A stretch of DNA of 64,000 bases from Octopus vulgaris (Eukaryota). Shown in pieces: positions 40,888 through 53,810 of this stretch (positions are counted from its first letter, which is position 1; every line of letters starts with the position of its first letter). The stretch is from NCBI GenBank assembly GCA_951406725.2, contig OX597824.1:95852001-95916000 (forward strand), in the 5' to 3' direction. The position numbers and the translations under genes were made by a program. The notes under the pieces were generated by a model. It saw only the letters and a list, made by a program, of their open reading frames with translations. It had not been told where the DNA came from and ran no database searches.

Positions 40888-41235
40888 TGCATATCAGTTT
40901 CAAAGATGCTAATAAAAAAAATTAAGCTCCAGTCCCATCATACATTTCATGGGGTGCTCTGGGATGCTTCGTTAGTGATGTTTCTGGGGTCTGAGGGAGT
41001 TCCAGGTCTTTCAACAGAAGACCCCGAGACCGATTGGAAGTAGAGTAGCAATTATAGAAGCTTTCACTGTTGATGTAATGCTTACGGATCAATTCTGTTT
41101 TGTGGTGTGATTTATAGACGGGTTTCTCAGCCTTAGGTCCTTTCAGCAAGGAACTTAGAATAATCGGCTGCAATCTGTTTACGCATTCGTAGAATCCAGC
41201 ATCAGTCCTCTCTCTTCAAAATCAAAGACTTCCAA

Positions 41236-41448
41236 AGGCGGTGAACTTGCAGAATCGTTAGCACGCCGGGCAAAGTGCTTAGTCGTATTTCGTCCATCTT
41301 TACGTTCTGAGTTCAAATTCCACCGAGGTCAACTTTACCTTTCATCCTTTCGAGATCGATAAAATAAGTACCAGTTGAACACTGATGTCGATGTGATGGA
41401 CTCATCCCCCTCCAGCGAAATTTCAGGCCCTGTGCCTATCGTAGAAAG
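41236..41448 (+). mobile_element. SINE family B, full short-tail copy
   Basis: ggcggtgaacttgcagaatcgttagcacg..gagttcaaattcc..aaatttcaggccctgtgcctatcgtagaaag. Confidence 0.9.
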
Positions 41449-42669
41449 GACCATCAAACCCCTTCTGACAATGACTTTCTGTGTCTCATTTCCTCAAAGT
41501 TCATTCACCGTCGCCACCGCTCCTGCAATGTCTCCAACCAAAAGTGGATCTTCTATTATGTTCCCCCCTGTAACAGCCGACAGACGTTATACCACTTAAT
41601 ACTTTCAATGTTTATTAATCAATTACACGGGCCCCAGAAGTTGTTATTCATAAACAAGGGGGATAAAATATTACCTTTAGATCAGCGCAGTGTGATAACA
41701 AACAACGGCTATGATACGACATATCTTCCTTGCGCAAATGCAGCGCAATATCATAAACAGCTGCTCGAAAATCTTCGCAAGACATTAAGTTATTTATATT
41801 TTGTTCAGGTTCGTGCTTCTGTTTAAAGCCATAATCAATAAATGGAACTCGGTAGGATATATTGTTAAATGTTTACGCAATGATTTTGTCATGCTGTGAT
41901 TTTCAAAGACAGAACAGAAGTTCTACAGGTCCCATCTGTTTGAAACACAGTCAAATAAATAAAATGAAATGAAATAAAATAGATAGAAAACAAATCCAAA
42001 AATCTTCTTAAAAGTTCAGCTTTTGGCTGGAGTTATCAGCTAAAAGCCTAATAAAAGAGACTCTAATATTGACAAAACAGAGAAGATATACATCCACATA
42101 TATAATAGTCGCTTCTATTGTTCTAATATGCCTAAAACATTCCTTCCTCTCTCTCTGTCTCTTCCCTCTCTCTTATTCCCTTGCCTTTGTCATAATTATT
42201 ATTATTTATTTATTGTCGGTCAGTCTATAAACCAGGAAAGGAAAATCCTTATCTTAAAGTGTTATCACTTCATGCTGAAGTGGTTAATGACAGTGATAAA
42301 ATGCCAGGGCTTGTTTGCCAGCGCAAGAGTTGGCCGGTTTTCGGTTGGTCGTATGGAAGTATGTCAAACTGTACAGTTACCAAGAACTATAATAGTCACA
42401 ACAACTACTAGTGCAATAATTAGTCCACAGCTAACGGCTTGTTTTCCCACTTTTATGATGTACTTGTTCGAAATGAGCTTCTCCATTTAATAGTTAAGTG
42501 GGCGCTAGCATACTTAGATGTAGGAAACGAAGATATTTTAATTCATTAAAAGATACGCCCTTAGTGAGAAGAACAAACCATTATTGGTAAAAATGAAGAA
42601 ATGAATAAATAAATGAGGACAGGGAGAGATAAGCAGGAAAATTGAATTAAATAAAATTAAGGATAAGAT

Positions 42670-42783
42670 TAGGCACAGGCATGGCTGCAAGGTTAAGGGG
42701 CTCATTTTGCAAGATGCCTTCTGAGATAGACTGACTAATGAATTGCGAGGGAATTTGGCAGACAGAAACTGTGTGAAACCCCA

Positions 42784-42845
<62 letters not shown>

Positions 42846-42897
42846 ATGTATGTATGTATGTATGTATGTATGTACATTTCTATCGTGTGTACACACT

Positions 42898-42929
<32 letters not shown>

Positions 42930-43107
42930 CATACATTATTTATACGACGGGCTTCTTTCAGTTTCCATCTACCAAATCCACTCACAAGACTTTGGTCGGC
43001 CCGAGGCTATAGCAGAAGACACTTGCCCAAGATGACACGCAGTGGGACTGAACTCTGAACCATGTGGTTGGGAAGCAAGCTTCTTACCACACAGCCACTC
43101 CTGCGCC

Positions 43108-43145
<38 letters not shown>

Positions 43146-43415
43146 TACACACACGTACGCACACATGACTATCTCTTTGTGTCTGTATTTGTCGATTCAC
43201 ACTCCGCCATCACTTGGCGACCAGTATTGGTTTATGTCCATGTAACTTAGCGGTTCGACACAAAAGACCGATAGAATAAGTAACAGACTCAAAAAAGAAA
43301 AAAAAACACAGAAAAAACACAAGTACTGGAGCCGAGTTGTCTGCCTAAAGAAAACCTTCCAGGGCGATGCCCCAGCGTGGCCGCATTCCAATAACTGAAA
43401 CAAGTGTGAAAGATA
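42670..43415. mobile_element. Nested SINE family A fragments (42670-42785 +, 42945-43088 -, 43160-43415 +) around (TG)/(TATG)/(TA) tracts
   Basis: Head and tail motifs in both orientations; consistent with a minus copy lying inside the internal microsatellite of an older plus copy. Confidence 0.75.
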
Positions 43416-43512
43416 AAAAACTTATATTAAATATCTTTGTCGTATTCGTTAATTCTTGCAATTTTTTAACAAATGCGTTGAAAGAAAACCTCACTCAGCC
43501 TGCGTTATCTTA

Positions 43513-43550
<38 letters not shown>

Positions 43551-43637
43551 ACACACACACACACACAGCACATATACTCACACATATATGTACGTGCTTG
43601 TTAATTAACAATCGTGCTTACACATAAATGCTCTCAT

Positions 43638-43672
<35 letters not shown>

Positions 43673-43929
43673 CCAAATACATATGGAAACACACCTAAAA
43701 TATATGGCATTCTTTGAGAGAGAGAAAGACACACACACACAGCTATGATAGGAATACAAATTACAATGAACATTGGAACTTTACGCCTTTGCAGCCAGCT
43801 GGAGAGGAAGAGACTATACATGGTCGTTCGGCCTGCTAGAAATGGCAGCTAAGTCTCACTAAAATATTCTGCCTTTTTAAAAATATATAATCACACTTGA
43901 ATGACGTAGGCTTTAGAAACAATATCTCG

Positions 43930-44438
43930 TTCTCTTTTACTTGTTTCAGTCATTTGACTGTGGCCATGCTGGAGCACCGCCTTTTAGTCGAAGAAATGGA
44001 CCCCTGGACTTATTCTTTGTAAGCCTAGTACTTATTCTATCGGTCTCTTTTGCCGAACCGTTAAGTTACGGGGACGTAAACACACCAACATTGGTTGTCA
44101 AGCGATGTTGGGGGACAACCACAGACGCACAAACATATACACACACATACATATATATAGAGGAAGCAACAAACTTTGGTGAGAGAACCAAGGGGACCAA
44201 AGTGCACGAGAAATATTTTAATGTCTTATGAGCCAAAACGAATAAAAAATTCAACCATGAATGCTCAAGACTGAATGGTTATCGTTTCTGCCTGTTCAAC
44301 GGTTTCAGAAATTTGGTACAAGGCTTGGAAGTCCGGGGAAGTGGGTAGGTCGATTACATCTACTATAGCCTCGGGCCGACCAAAGGCTTGTGAATGGCTT
44401 TGGCAGACGGAAACTGAAAGAAGCCCGTCGCATATATG

Positions 44439-44501
<63 letters not shown>

Positions 44502-44795
44502 GTATGCATGTATGTATGTATGTATATATGTATGTGTATATGTGTGTATGTATGTGTATATGTGTGTGTATGTATGAGTATATGTGTGTGTATATGTTTG
44601 TGTGTCTGTTTGTCCCCCCAACATCGCTTGACAACCGATGCCGGCGTGTTTACGTCCCCGTAACTTAGCGGTTCGGCAAAAGTGACCGATAGAATAAGTA
44701 CTAGGCTTACAAAGAATAAGTTCTGGGGTCGATTTGCTCGACTAAATGGCGGTGCTCCAGTATGGCCGCATTCAAATGACTGAAACAAGTAAAAT
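43930..44795. mobile_element. Inverted pair of SINE family A copies (43930-44160 -, 44360-44795 +)
   Basis: 3' halves are reverse complements of each other. Confidence 0.9.
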
Positions 44796-45028
44796 AGTAT
44801 TACTGGGGAAAACTTGAATGAATCGTTTTCATTAATTATGCTTTTGTGTGTGTTTTTTAATTGAAAAGATTGTCATTATTCATGTTTAATTGTCGGGATT
44901 TGTATACGAAAAAGAATTATGCTTTTTAAAAGAACGATATTAATTGAATAAGTTGCTTTTTTTTTCATGGAGTTTTATATTTAGGAGCGAAACGCATAGA
45001 ATTTCCGCATGTTTTGTGTGAATATGTA

Positions 45029-45124
45029 AATATTACAATATCTTTTTTTACTCTGGGCACAAGACCCATAATATTACAATATCTTTTTTTACTCTAGGCA
45101 CAAGGCCCATAATATTACAATATC
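45029..45124. repeat. 41-bp tandem duplication (2.3 copies)
   Basis: aatattacaatatctttttttactct(g/a)ggcacaag(a/g)cccat twice plus a partial third unit. Confidence 0.9.
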
Positions 45125-45289
45125 AATTCAATGCAACTTCCTGTGTTCCGTTTAACCTCACAGAATTTCCACCATCATTAAATGCAAAGTAAATCGAGCA
45201 TACAGAGCCATAGAATTTCGAAGGAGTTATCTAGAATATTCTATTACAGATAATCAGTATTGGTCTTTAGATTTAGGTCGGTCGGGATC

Positions 45290-45489
45290 AAGAGAAATCT
45301 TTGATGGGAGACATTTTTATCGCATTGATGTTGCCCGCGCTGAAGGTGGTGGCCACGTTGAACACTTGTGAGACAGGAAATAAAAGTTGATTGGGAGTAA
45401 ATACTTGGGAATTAGCTGGAGTTTTCTATTCTTTTGCCTTATTAAAATATTGCGTAATGAAATCGGTTCATTCTTTTTGAATAACCCTG
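45290..45489 (+). mobile_element. Tc1/mariner-superfamily transposon 3' end
   Basis: FYRIDVARAEGGGHVEHL* (stop 45369-45371), a typical transposase C-terminus, then TIR aaatcggttcattctttttgaataaccctg followed by TA. Confidence 0.8.
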
Positions 45490-45521
45490 TATGTGTGTGT
45501 ATGTGTGTGTGTTTGTATAGT

Positions 45522-45890
45522 GCAGGCGCATGACTCAGTGGTTAGTGCATCGAGATTATGATCGTGAGGTTGTGAGTTCGATTCCCGGACCGGGCTGCGT
45601 GTTGTGTTCTTGAGCAAGACACTTTATTTCACATTGCTCCAGTTCATTCAGCTGTAGAAATGAGTTGTGACATCACTGGTGCCAAGCCGTATCGGCCCCT
45701 TTTCCTTTCCCTTGGATAACACTGGTGGTGTGGAGAGAGGAGGATGGTATGCATGGGCGACTGCTGCTCTTCCATAAAAAACAACAACCCTAGGTTGTGC
45801 GTTCGCCGGTGAGGCGACTTTCCACCCAGACTTGTACCCCGGAGGGGAACCCCTCAGGTGCACCCATGGTCATTCGTAACCGACGCAGTC
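45522..45890 (+). mobile_element. tRNA-derived CORE-like SINE (family C2)
   Basis: A-box tgactcagtgg, B-box gagttcgattcc, gtgttcttgagcaagacacttta; second copy at 59160-59385. Confidence 0.88.
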
Positions 45891-46479
45891 GAGTTTATAT
45901 ATGTATGTGACGTTGCGTCTGACAAATTCACTCACAAGGCTTTGGTCGGCCCGAGGCTATGGTAGAAGACACGTGCTGAAGGTACCACGCAGTGGGACCG
46001 AACCCAGAACTATGTGGTTGGGAAGGAAATTTCTTATCACACCGCCATGCCTGCGCCTATAGAAAAACTTTTAAAATGTCGTATGCGTATATTATGTGTG
46101 CGTGTATGTATGTATGTATATATAAACATTATGTTGAGTGGACGGTTAAAACAGTTTCCTGGCTCTGTGGTTAAAAATATCCAAACAATACTTTCCTGTC
46201 TGACTGTTTACCATACTAAAGCTATAACACATAGCAAAATCACTATCTTCAGTTCTGATCTTGATGTCGTTAGCGAATTATAAACAAGTGTCGTTGTATA
46301 TTTATGGATCAGTGTGGGAAAGTCGATGTTCTGTTGGACACAAGCGATTAGGTGGAGAAGAAAAACAAGACTACGCGCTTAACAAAGAAGATCTCTCCGT
46401 GCTACCTGCTCTGACTTCGATATCATTGCACGACACTTTTAGCAAGTAACGTCTTCCATAGTCTTGTATTCAGTTACTA

Positions 46480-47110
46480 CCGTGTTTCCCCCAAAATAAG
46501 ACAAGGCTTATATTAATTTTCACTCTAAAATGACGCATTAAGGGCTTATTTTCAGGGGAGTTCATATTTTCTTTTAATGTATCGAAAAACGACATTACGA
46601 AATAGGGAATTACAAAATTACTAAATAAACGGAAATTACAAAAAAACGATCTACATTTACTTGACAATTTACATGTTCCTTTAATTAGGAACTCATTAAT
46701 AACAATTTATTCAAAAGCAGTAAGGTCGCCGTTCTCTGGAATGTCATTGCTCTGCAAATCACCGGATTTCAAAATTCCTGCGGAGTTTTCGTGTGACTAC
46801 ATTTCCGGCAGAACTTTCGTCCCCAATCTCTCATGTGGAGCAATGGAGTTCTCACTGAACGAGAAGTTCTTGTCCAGGTAACCTACTCGTAGTGCATTAG
46901 CAGCACAAGCTGTCTGTGGTTTTATTCCATGAATTCGTCACCCAAGTCACGATCTTTTGCAGGCTGGGTTTCACAAAATTTCCACAAAATCCTGATTTCT
47001 CACCATTTTGTTTTCAATATAGTCATTGATTTCCACGCTTAAATGGTCCTAGAATGGTTTATTTATTGCAATGTCAAGAGTCTGGAGATGGGCAATCATT
47101 CCTGCGGGAA
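46480..47110 (-). mobile_element. pogo/Tc2-like DNA transposon 3' part (DDE_1 remnant + TIR)
   Basis: Minus strand IPAGMIAHLQTLDIAINKPF*DHL..GNFVKPSLQKIVTWVTNSWNK; terminal TA-ccgtgtttcccccaaaataag at 46478-46500. Confidence 0.88.
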
Positions 47111-47595
47111 TACATATATACATACATATATACATACATGTATGTATGTATGTTCTCTTCTATCTATAATTACAGTCTTCTTGCGAAGGGGCTGGTTTCT
47201 AACCATGGTACAATACTCTATCTTTGGAAAGTAAATAACAAAAGCATTGTCACATGTTAAACTTGAAAAATGTCTTGCATATTTTTACTGTTCTGCTTAT
47301 GGACTGTATTCGTAATATACATGTTAGCTACATGTTAGCAAGACGCAACGAAACTTTTTGGAAAATAAAAATAAGAAATAAGTGTAAATTTCATCGGTGA
47401 GTATGTTACATTATAAGGCACAAAAAGAAAATGACTCTCCCCAGACACAACAGAATACTCTTTGACTATTTTACTCTTTTACTTGTTTCAGTCATTTGAC
47501 TGTGGCCATGCTGGTGCATCGCCTTTAGTCGAGCAAATCGACCCCAGTAAGCCTACAATCGGTCTCTTTTGTCGAACCACTAAGTTACGGGGGCG

Positions 47596-47596
<1 letters not shown>

Positions 47597-47665
<69 letters not shown>

Positions 47666-47950
47666 TAGGCTTATTTTTATAACGTGCTTTCACTGCACTA
47701 CCGAGCGCAGCTTTGTGTGTTGTGTGCCTTGGGTTTGTGCTGTGGTTTGCTGTGATGCTCTTATGGTTACCGTATTGAAAGTGTTTTACATAGAATGTGT
47801 GCAGAGCTATTTTCTCTATGTTATATATAATTGTTAGTCCTGGTGTTTTTCTTATGTATTTGTCTGAATATTTTTTTATCATACCTAATGCGCCTACTAT
47901 GATAGGAATTGTTTCTGTTTTTAGACTCAGCATTCGAGTTACCTCTATTC
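47597..47950 (-). mobile_element. R4/Dong-clade LINE 3' end with (AAT)n tail
   Basis: EVTRMLSLKTETIPIIVGALGMIKK..IYNIEKIAL, homologous to the RLE C-terminus at 25706-26017; long (ATT)n at 47597-47662; a second 3'UTR-like piece at 47970-48070. Confidence 0.88.
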
Positions 47951-48208
47951 CAGGTTATATTGTTGTTGCTATTATTATTATTATTATTACTTTTTTTTTT
48001 TCTTCTTTCAAATTTTCTTCCATTTCTTGCCGAGTGTCTTCCCGACTCCTAGGGCAAAGAAACTCATAGTATACATTGGTAGGCCATTAAACCAAACTCA
48101 GTAGTTCGTTCATTTTTTTTTTTTTTTTTTTTAAGTTAAATTAAAATACATGAGCAGCAACAGTTCTCACATCGACAATGCTCTTTATTATTATTATTAT
48201 TATTATTC

Positions 48209-48252
<44 letters not shown>

Positions 48253-48991
48253 TACGATAGCTTCTTTTAAGAGATATTACCTTTCAAAAGAACTTGACTG
48301 ATTAAACTGAAATGCTTTCTGGCCACATATTTTCATCTCTTACGCTTTCACCAATCTTAACATCTCCACATGCCTTTTCACTCTACAATTTCAAAAGAAT
48401 TACACGGGCGAACGAATCAAGATTTTCCTTTCTAGAGCAACAAAACTCTTACCAGATATAAGAGAAGTTCCCGCGGCCTGATGGTTAAAACAGTTAAACC
48501 CAGTTGTGAGGTGAATCTTATTCAATACATTCTCTCCCATATTTCACTGCATACTGACTCCCTGGCTATATAATCCTTGCGTTTCTCACTGGGTCGATTG
48601 AATTTCACACATATTCAACGATGCGTAACCGTAATAGTTTTTCTTTTTTTTTTAGGTGTGTTAGCTTGTATGGAATAAGTGGGAAATCATTTTGAAATTA
48701 GGGGAATGTCAGTAAATAGGGTAGAAATAGCTACGCTGTTTTCATTTTGATGAAACATTTGGACATACTCTCTCTTTCTCTTTACTCTTTTACTTGTTTC
48801 AGTCATTTGACTGCGGCCATGCTGGAGTACCGCCTTTAGACGAGCAAATCGACCCCAGGACTTATTCTTTGTAAGCCTAGTATTTATTCTATCGGTCGCT
48901 TTTGCCGAACTGCTAATTTACGGGGAGGTAAACACACCAGCATCGGTTGTCAAGCGATGTTGGGGGGACAAACACAGACACACAAACATAT

Positions 48992-49118
<127 letters not shown>

Positions 49119-49135
49119 CATACATATATATACAT

Positions 49136-49395
49136 ACAAAACGCTCTTAGGAGCCCATGAAAAAGCACAAAACTTTTGTGCTTTTTCATGGGCTCCTAAG
49201 GAGCGTTTTGTTCGAATACCTTGCTGCGCATTTGTTTTGGATTTTTAATTCCTGGGTTTTCCTGAAGAGAATGCTGCAAAATGGTCTCCTTATTCAATCC
49301 GAATTTGGAAATTTGCGGCCTTTGAAACATGTGTAGAAAATAATAAAAGGAATTCTGTAGAATCTTCGTTCAGCTCCATTTCTTCCCTTCACTAA
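49136..49395 (+). mobile_element. Penelope-like fragment with terminal fold-back palindrome
   Basis: 37-bp inverted arms 49136-49172 / 49174-49211; hammerhead at 49257-49340; (TA)n/(TACA)n on both sides. Confidence 0.75.
49257..49340 (+). ncRNA. Type I hammerhead ribozyme motif
   Basis: Stem I ttttc/gaaaa; CUGAAGA 49262-49268; stem II gaatgctgcaaa/tttgcggccttt; GAAA 49324-49327; minimal stem III with palindromic acatgt; GUA triplet 49333-49335. Confidence 0.7.
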
Positions 49396-49408
49396 ATATA
49401 TATATATA

Positions 49409-49454
<46 letters not shown>

Positions 49455-49656
49455 TACGACGGGCTTCTTTCAGTTTCCGTCTACCAAATCCACTCACAAG
49501 GCTTTGGTAAGCCCGAGGCTATAGTAGAAAACACTTGCCCAAGGTGCCACGCAGTGGGACTGAACCCGGAACCATGTGGTTCGTAAGCACTCCTTCGTCT
49601 ATACTCTTCATTTGTTTTAAGTTCCCTATATTTCCATGTACGTCTGTGTAAAAGCG

Positions 49657-49722
<66 letters not shown>

Positions 49723-49882
49723 CGCGTGCGCGCAAGTGTGTCGTCTGTTTTTGTAGGAGTAAGTCGTCTGTTTGTGTGGCAATAAAAACCGATGGTTGCA
49801 GACTGAGACAAGCAAACGAAAAGGGATTAAAATGAAAAGACTAGTGTAAGGTGAGGGCTGAAAGTGCCCCAGATATTTATGA

Positions 49883-50108
49883 CCGTATCTGATGGTACAT
49901 TGGTGTAAAAGACACATCCCCCCACCGCTACCCCTACCCTCAGAATGTCTCAAAACATCACCCCGGGTATTATACGCGAAGCCGCTTTAAATATTACATG
50001 CTTTAGTTCACTAAAAACTTCTTTTTTTTTTGTTTTGCTCCGAATATGTGCTGGTAAAATATGGGTGCTTCTAACATACCCGGGCGTTTTTTGTGCCATT
50101 AGATACGG
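49883..50108. mobile_element. Tc2/pogo-like MITE
   Basis: TIRs ccgtatctgatggtaca / tgtgccattagatacgg (15/17 match). Confidence 0.7.
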
Positions 50109-50181
50109 TTATCTTTAAGTTAGTAACGATCATGACACTGTAAAGATACCGGAATATTGAATGTACAACACGAAATTCTGT

Positions 50182-50540
<359 letters not shown>

Positions 50541-50894
50541 TGGTTATTGCTGTTGCTGTTGCTCTTGTTGTTTAGCACCATATCAGAGCTCTGATCGAAC
50601 AGACTGGTGATCAAAGTCATTTCGACAATATCAAAACGTCTATTTTGAGAAGTCTATTCAGAACTGTATCATCTAAAAGCGTGATTTGAGATGATATTTC
50701 GCTACTATTTCTCGCAGGTCAAACGACCAGCCTGTTAGAAATAGTAGCCAAATTTCATCTCAAATATTTCAAGTACATCTTTTTTTTTTTTTTAGTGGGT
50801 GGGGTTTACACGTTCTTTCCCTGGTAGCACATCGATCCGTCCACGCTTCCGCCACGACCTTTGTCTCTCATTATTTGAGGGTCGATAAAATGAA

Positions 50895-51110
50895 GTCAAT
50901 CACTTCGCCAATCCCACTAGGTTCATCCATCCTTTTGACAGGTCTTGTTTTCAGTCCTGCTGGGTTTCTAGCAACCCTCCTCACCAGGCCAACCTGGTGA
51001 GGATGCTGGTTCAGTTAGTGATGACCTGACCATACAACAGGTTGTACTGGATTCCATTTTACCAGTAACACCCATAAGGGACCTCATAAGTGCCCTGACA
51101 CGACATGGCT
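50895..51110 (-). repeat. Interspersed repeat resembling an RTE-type 5'UTR
   Basis: GC-richer segment with hairpin cctcaccagg-ccaa-cctggtgagg; family assignment from memory only. Confidence 0.3.
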
Positions 51111-51609
51111 TACATACATACACACACACACACACAGCAGCAGTACCACCACCACAAGCACATTACAAAGACTTTAAATGTCCTTTTGATACAAATCTTT
51201 ATCACAAGCTGCACTACTGCATGTTCAATAAACACCATGTATAAAAACTATATTTTTGCGATAAAATTCCTTGCAACGCTTAAGTCTGAGAACTCACCAG
51301 ACATATCTAGTGTGGCGTTGCTTTTTATGGTTTCAAGAGGCTTTTGTTTGGCTTGGTGGAATCACCTTCATTTTTAATATATTTTAATATGCTGTTGTTA
51401 TCCATTTTTTTTCTTCTTTTTTTGATGAGCTTACTTCAGACAATTACAAAGTGAATTCAAGTACTTTACAATGACAGCAGAGATGAAGGATGAAGAGTCT
51501 CTTAAAGATATCGGAAGTTCATCTGTCCGTCTCGCTTGTTAGCTTTAGTCACTTTTGATAAATTTTAAAACTGTTTGGATTCATTGAGTGGATTTGTGAT
51601 GCATCGACC

Positions 51610-51656
<47 letters not shown>

Positions 51657-51960
51657 TCACTCTCTTTCTCTCTTAGTCACATATACACACACATAGACTT
51701 GCATGCACATGCACACACGCGTACGCGTGTATTCATACACGCATCTCTCTCTCTCTATCTATTTCTATATCTATCTCTCTCTCGCGCGCCCTCTCTCCTC
51801 TCTTTCGCTCTCGCTCTCTCTCTCTCTCACTATATATATATATATATATACACACATACACACATTACGTGTATACATATACACAGAGGAAGACAATCAC
51901 GGAAAATATTGCCAAACGGATATTATTCGTTCCAAAGTGCTCACAATAAGCAGATTTCAT

Positions 51961-51992
<32 letters not shown>

Positions 51993-52171
51993 TACTTATG
52001 TATGTGTGTATGTGTGTATGTATGTATGTGTGTATGTATGTATGTATGTATGTATGTATGTATGTATGTATGTATGTATGTGTATGTATGTATGTATGTA
52101 TGTATGTATGTATGTATGTATGTATGTATGTATGTATGTATGTGTATGTATGTATGTATGTATGTATGTAT

Positions 52172-52590
52172 GCTTCGAAGCGTTCACTCCGTAAGCAAGG
52201 CTCAAGTGCACTGCTTGCAGAAACCCAGCTGGAATTGAAGTGCCGTGTGTGAGGACAATTTCTTCTCTTAAGAGATTGATTACTGAACCACTTAAAGTCA
52301 CATAAACCAAGGAGAAATACAGCAGCTTGCGCAATGGTTGTGCCGCCACGTCGTCCGCGGCACATTTGCTATGAGTGTGACTTCATTTGCAAGTTATCTG
52401 CTGGTCTGACCAGGTATAGTAAAATACATGAGGTCACAACCCACCTGGTGATGCCAAAGGACAGATCAAGTACAACATCTGTGAGCGGAATTGCAGAACG
52501 GAAAATGGTCCGAAGAGCCTCCTGCGCGAGCATAGTCGTGCAAGTTTCAATGAAGGGATAGCACTCTTCTAACAAGAAGGAGCAATCAAC
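52172..52590 (+). mobile_element. RTE-clade LINE 3' end with three degenerate C2H2 zinc fingers, embedded in (TATG)n
   Basis: LKCRV...NHLKSH, HICYECDFICKLSAGLTRYSKIH and KYNICERNCRTENGPKSLLREH across frameshifts; short 3'UTR; (TATG)n on both sides (51965-52171, 52591-52718). Confidence 0.65.
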
Positions 52591-52689
52591 ATGTATGTAT
52601 GTATGTATGTATGTATGTATGTATGCATGTATGCATGTATGCATGTATGCATGCATGTATGTATGTATGTATGTATGTATGTATGTATG

Positions 52690-52720
<31 letters not shown>

Positions 52721-53324
52721 TGGACAATACATGGATTTACCTAATCCGGTGGTACTCATAAAAAAGGTCCTTTAATAAATCGAGCTATGAACCACGAAAC
52801 GAAAATAGAACCCGTCATTTTCTATACGTATTAAAGCTAGTGTGTATAGCTGTGTGTTCGGGCAGGTACGGTCGTGTGTGTGTGTAGCCAAGATTGTACG
52901 CACGGACCAGAAACAATAGTGTAGCTGAGGTGGTGGTGAAGGAACAGTCTGCCTCAGGCAACTCTTTTGCGGAGTGGCCCTCCTGGGTCTGCTATGTAAG
53001 CTTGTATAAGCTTGGAAGCCCGGAGGTGGGACCGCACACTCATTGGTTATCACGGGCAACACACACTGTAGTTACGCCATCGACCACAGGCTATATATTT
53101 ATCTAATTATTCACAAGCCACGCTGTACTGGTATTCAAGTTATTATTATTTTCTTTTTCTTTTATTTGTCCATCAGCATTTTAGTATTATGTAAATGAGT
53201 TTGTTTCGGGATACACACTTGCCTTGCAGTTCTATTACTGGCAAATGGGGAGAGGGTGGGGAGTGAATTCTAATGAATACTTAAATATAAATTACACCGG
53301 TAAGTTCGGTTCTTATAACACCAG

Positions 53325-53339
53325 TGATCTATCCATCTA

Positions 53340-53383
<44 letters not shown>

Positions 53384-53439
53384 TCTATCTGTCTGTCTGT
53401 CTATTTCTATCTATCCATCCATCTATCTATCTATCAATC

Positions 53440-53478
<39 letters not shown>

Positions 53479-53566
53479 ATCTATCTGTCTGTCTATCTAT
53501 CATCTATCTGTCTATCTATTTGTCTATCTATTTCTATCTATCCATCCATCTATCTATCTATCAATC

Positions 53567-53601
<35 letters not shown>

Positions 53602-53685
53602 ATCTATCTGTCTGTCTATCTATCATCTATCTGTCTATCTATTTGTCTATCTATTTCTATCTATCCATCCATCTATCTATTAATC

Positions 53686-53716
<31 letters not shown>

Positions 53717-53735
53717 ATCTATCTGTCTATCTATT

Positions 53736-53808
<73 letters not shown>

Positions 53809-53810
53809 GT
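53325..53810. repeat. (TCTA)/(TCTG)/(TCTT) compound microsatellite with a higher-order triplication of about 125 bp
   Basis: Block ctatttctatctatccatccatctat..aatctctttc recurs at 53401, 53528 and 53651. Confidence 0.92.

Noticed and set aside
52740-53100. Possible solo LTR
   Set aside because: No clear TG..CA termini or TSD, and no second copy in the window.
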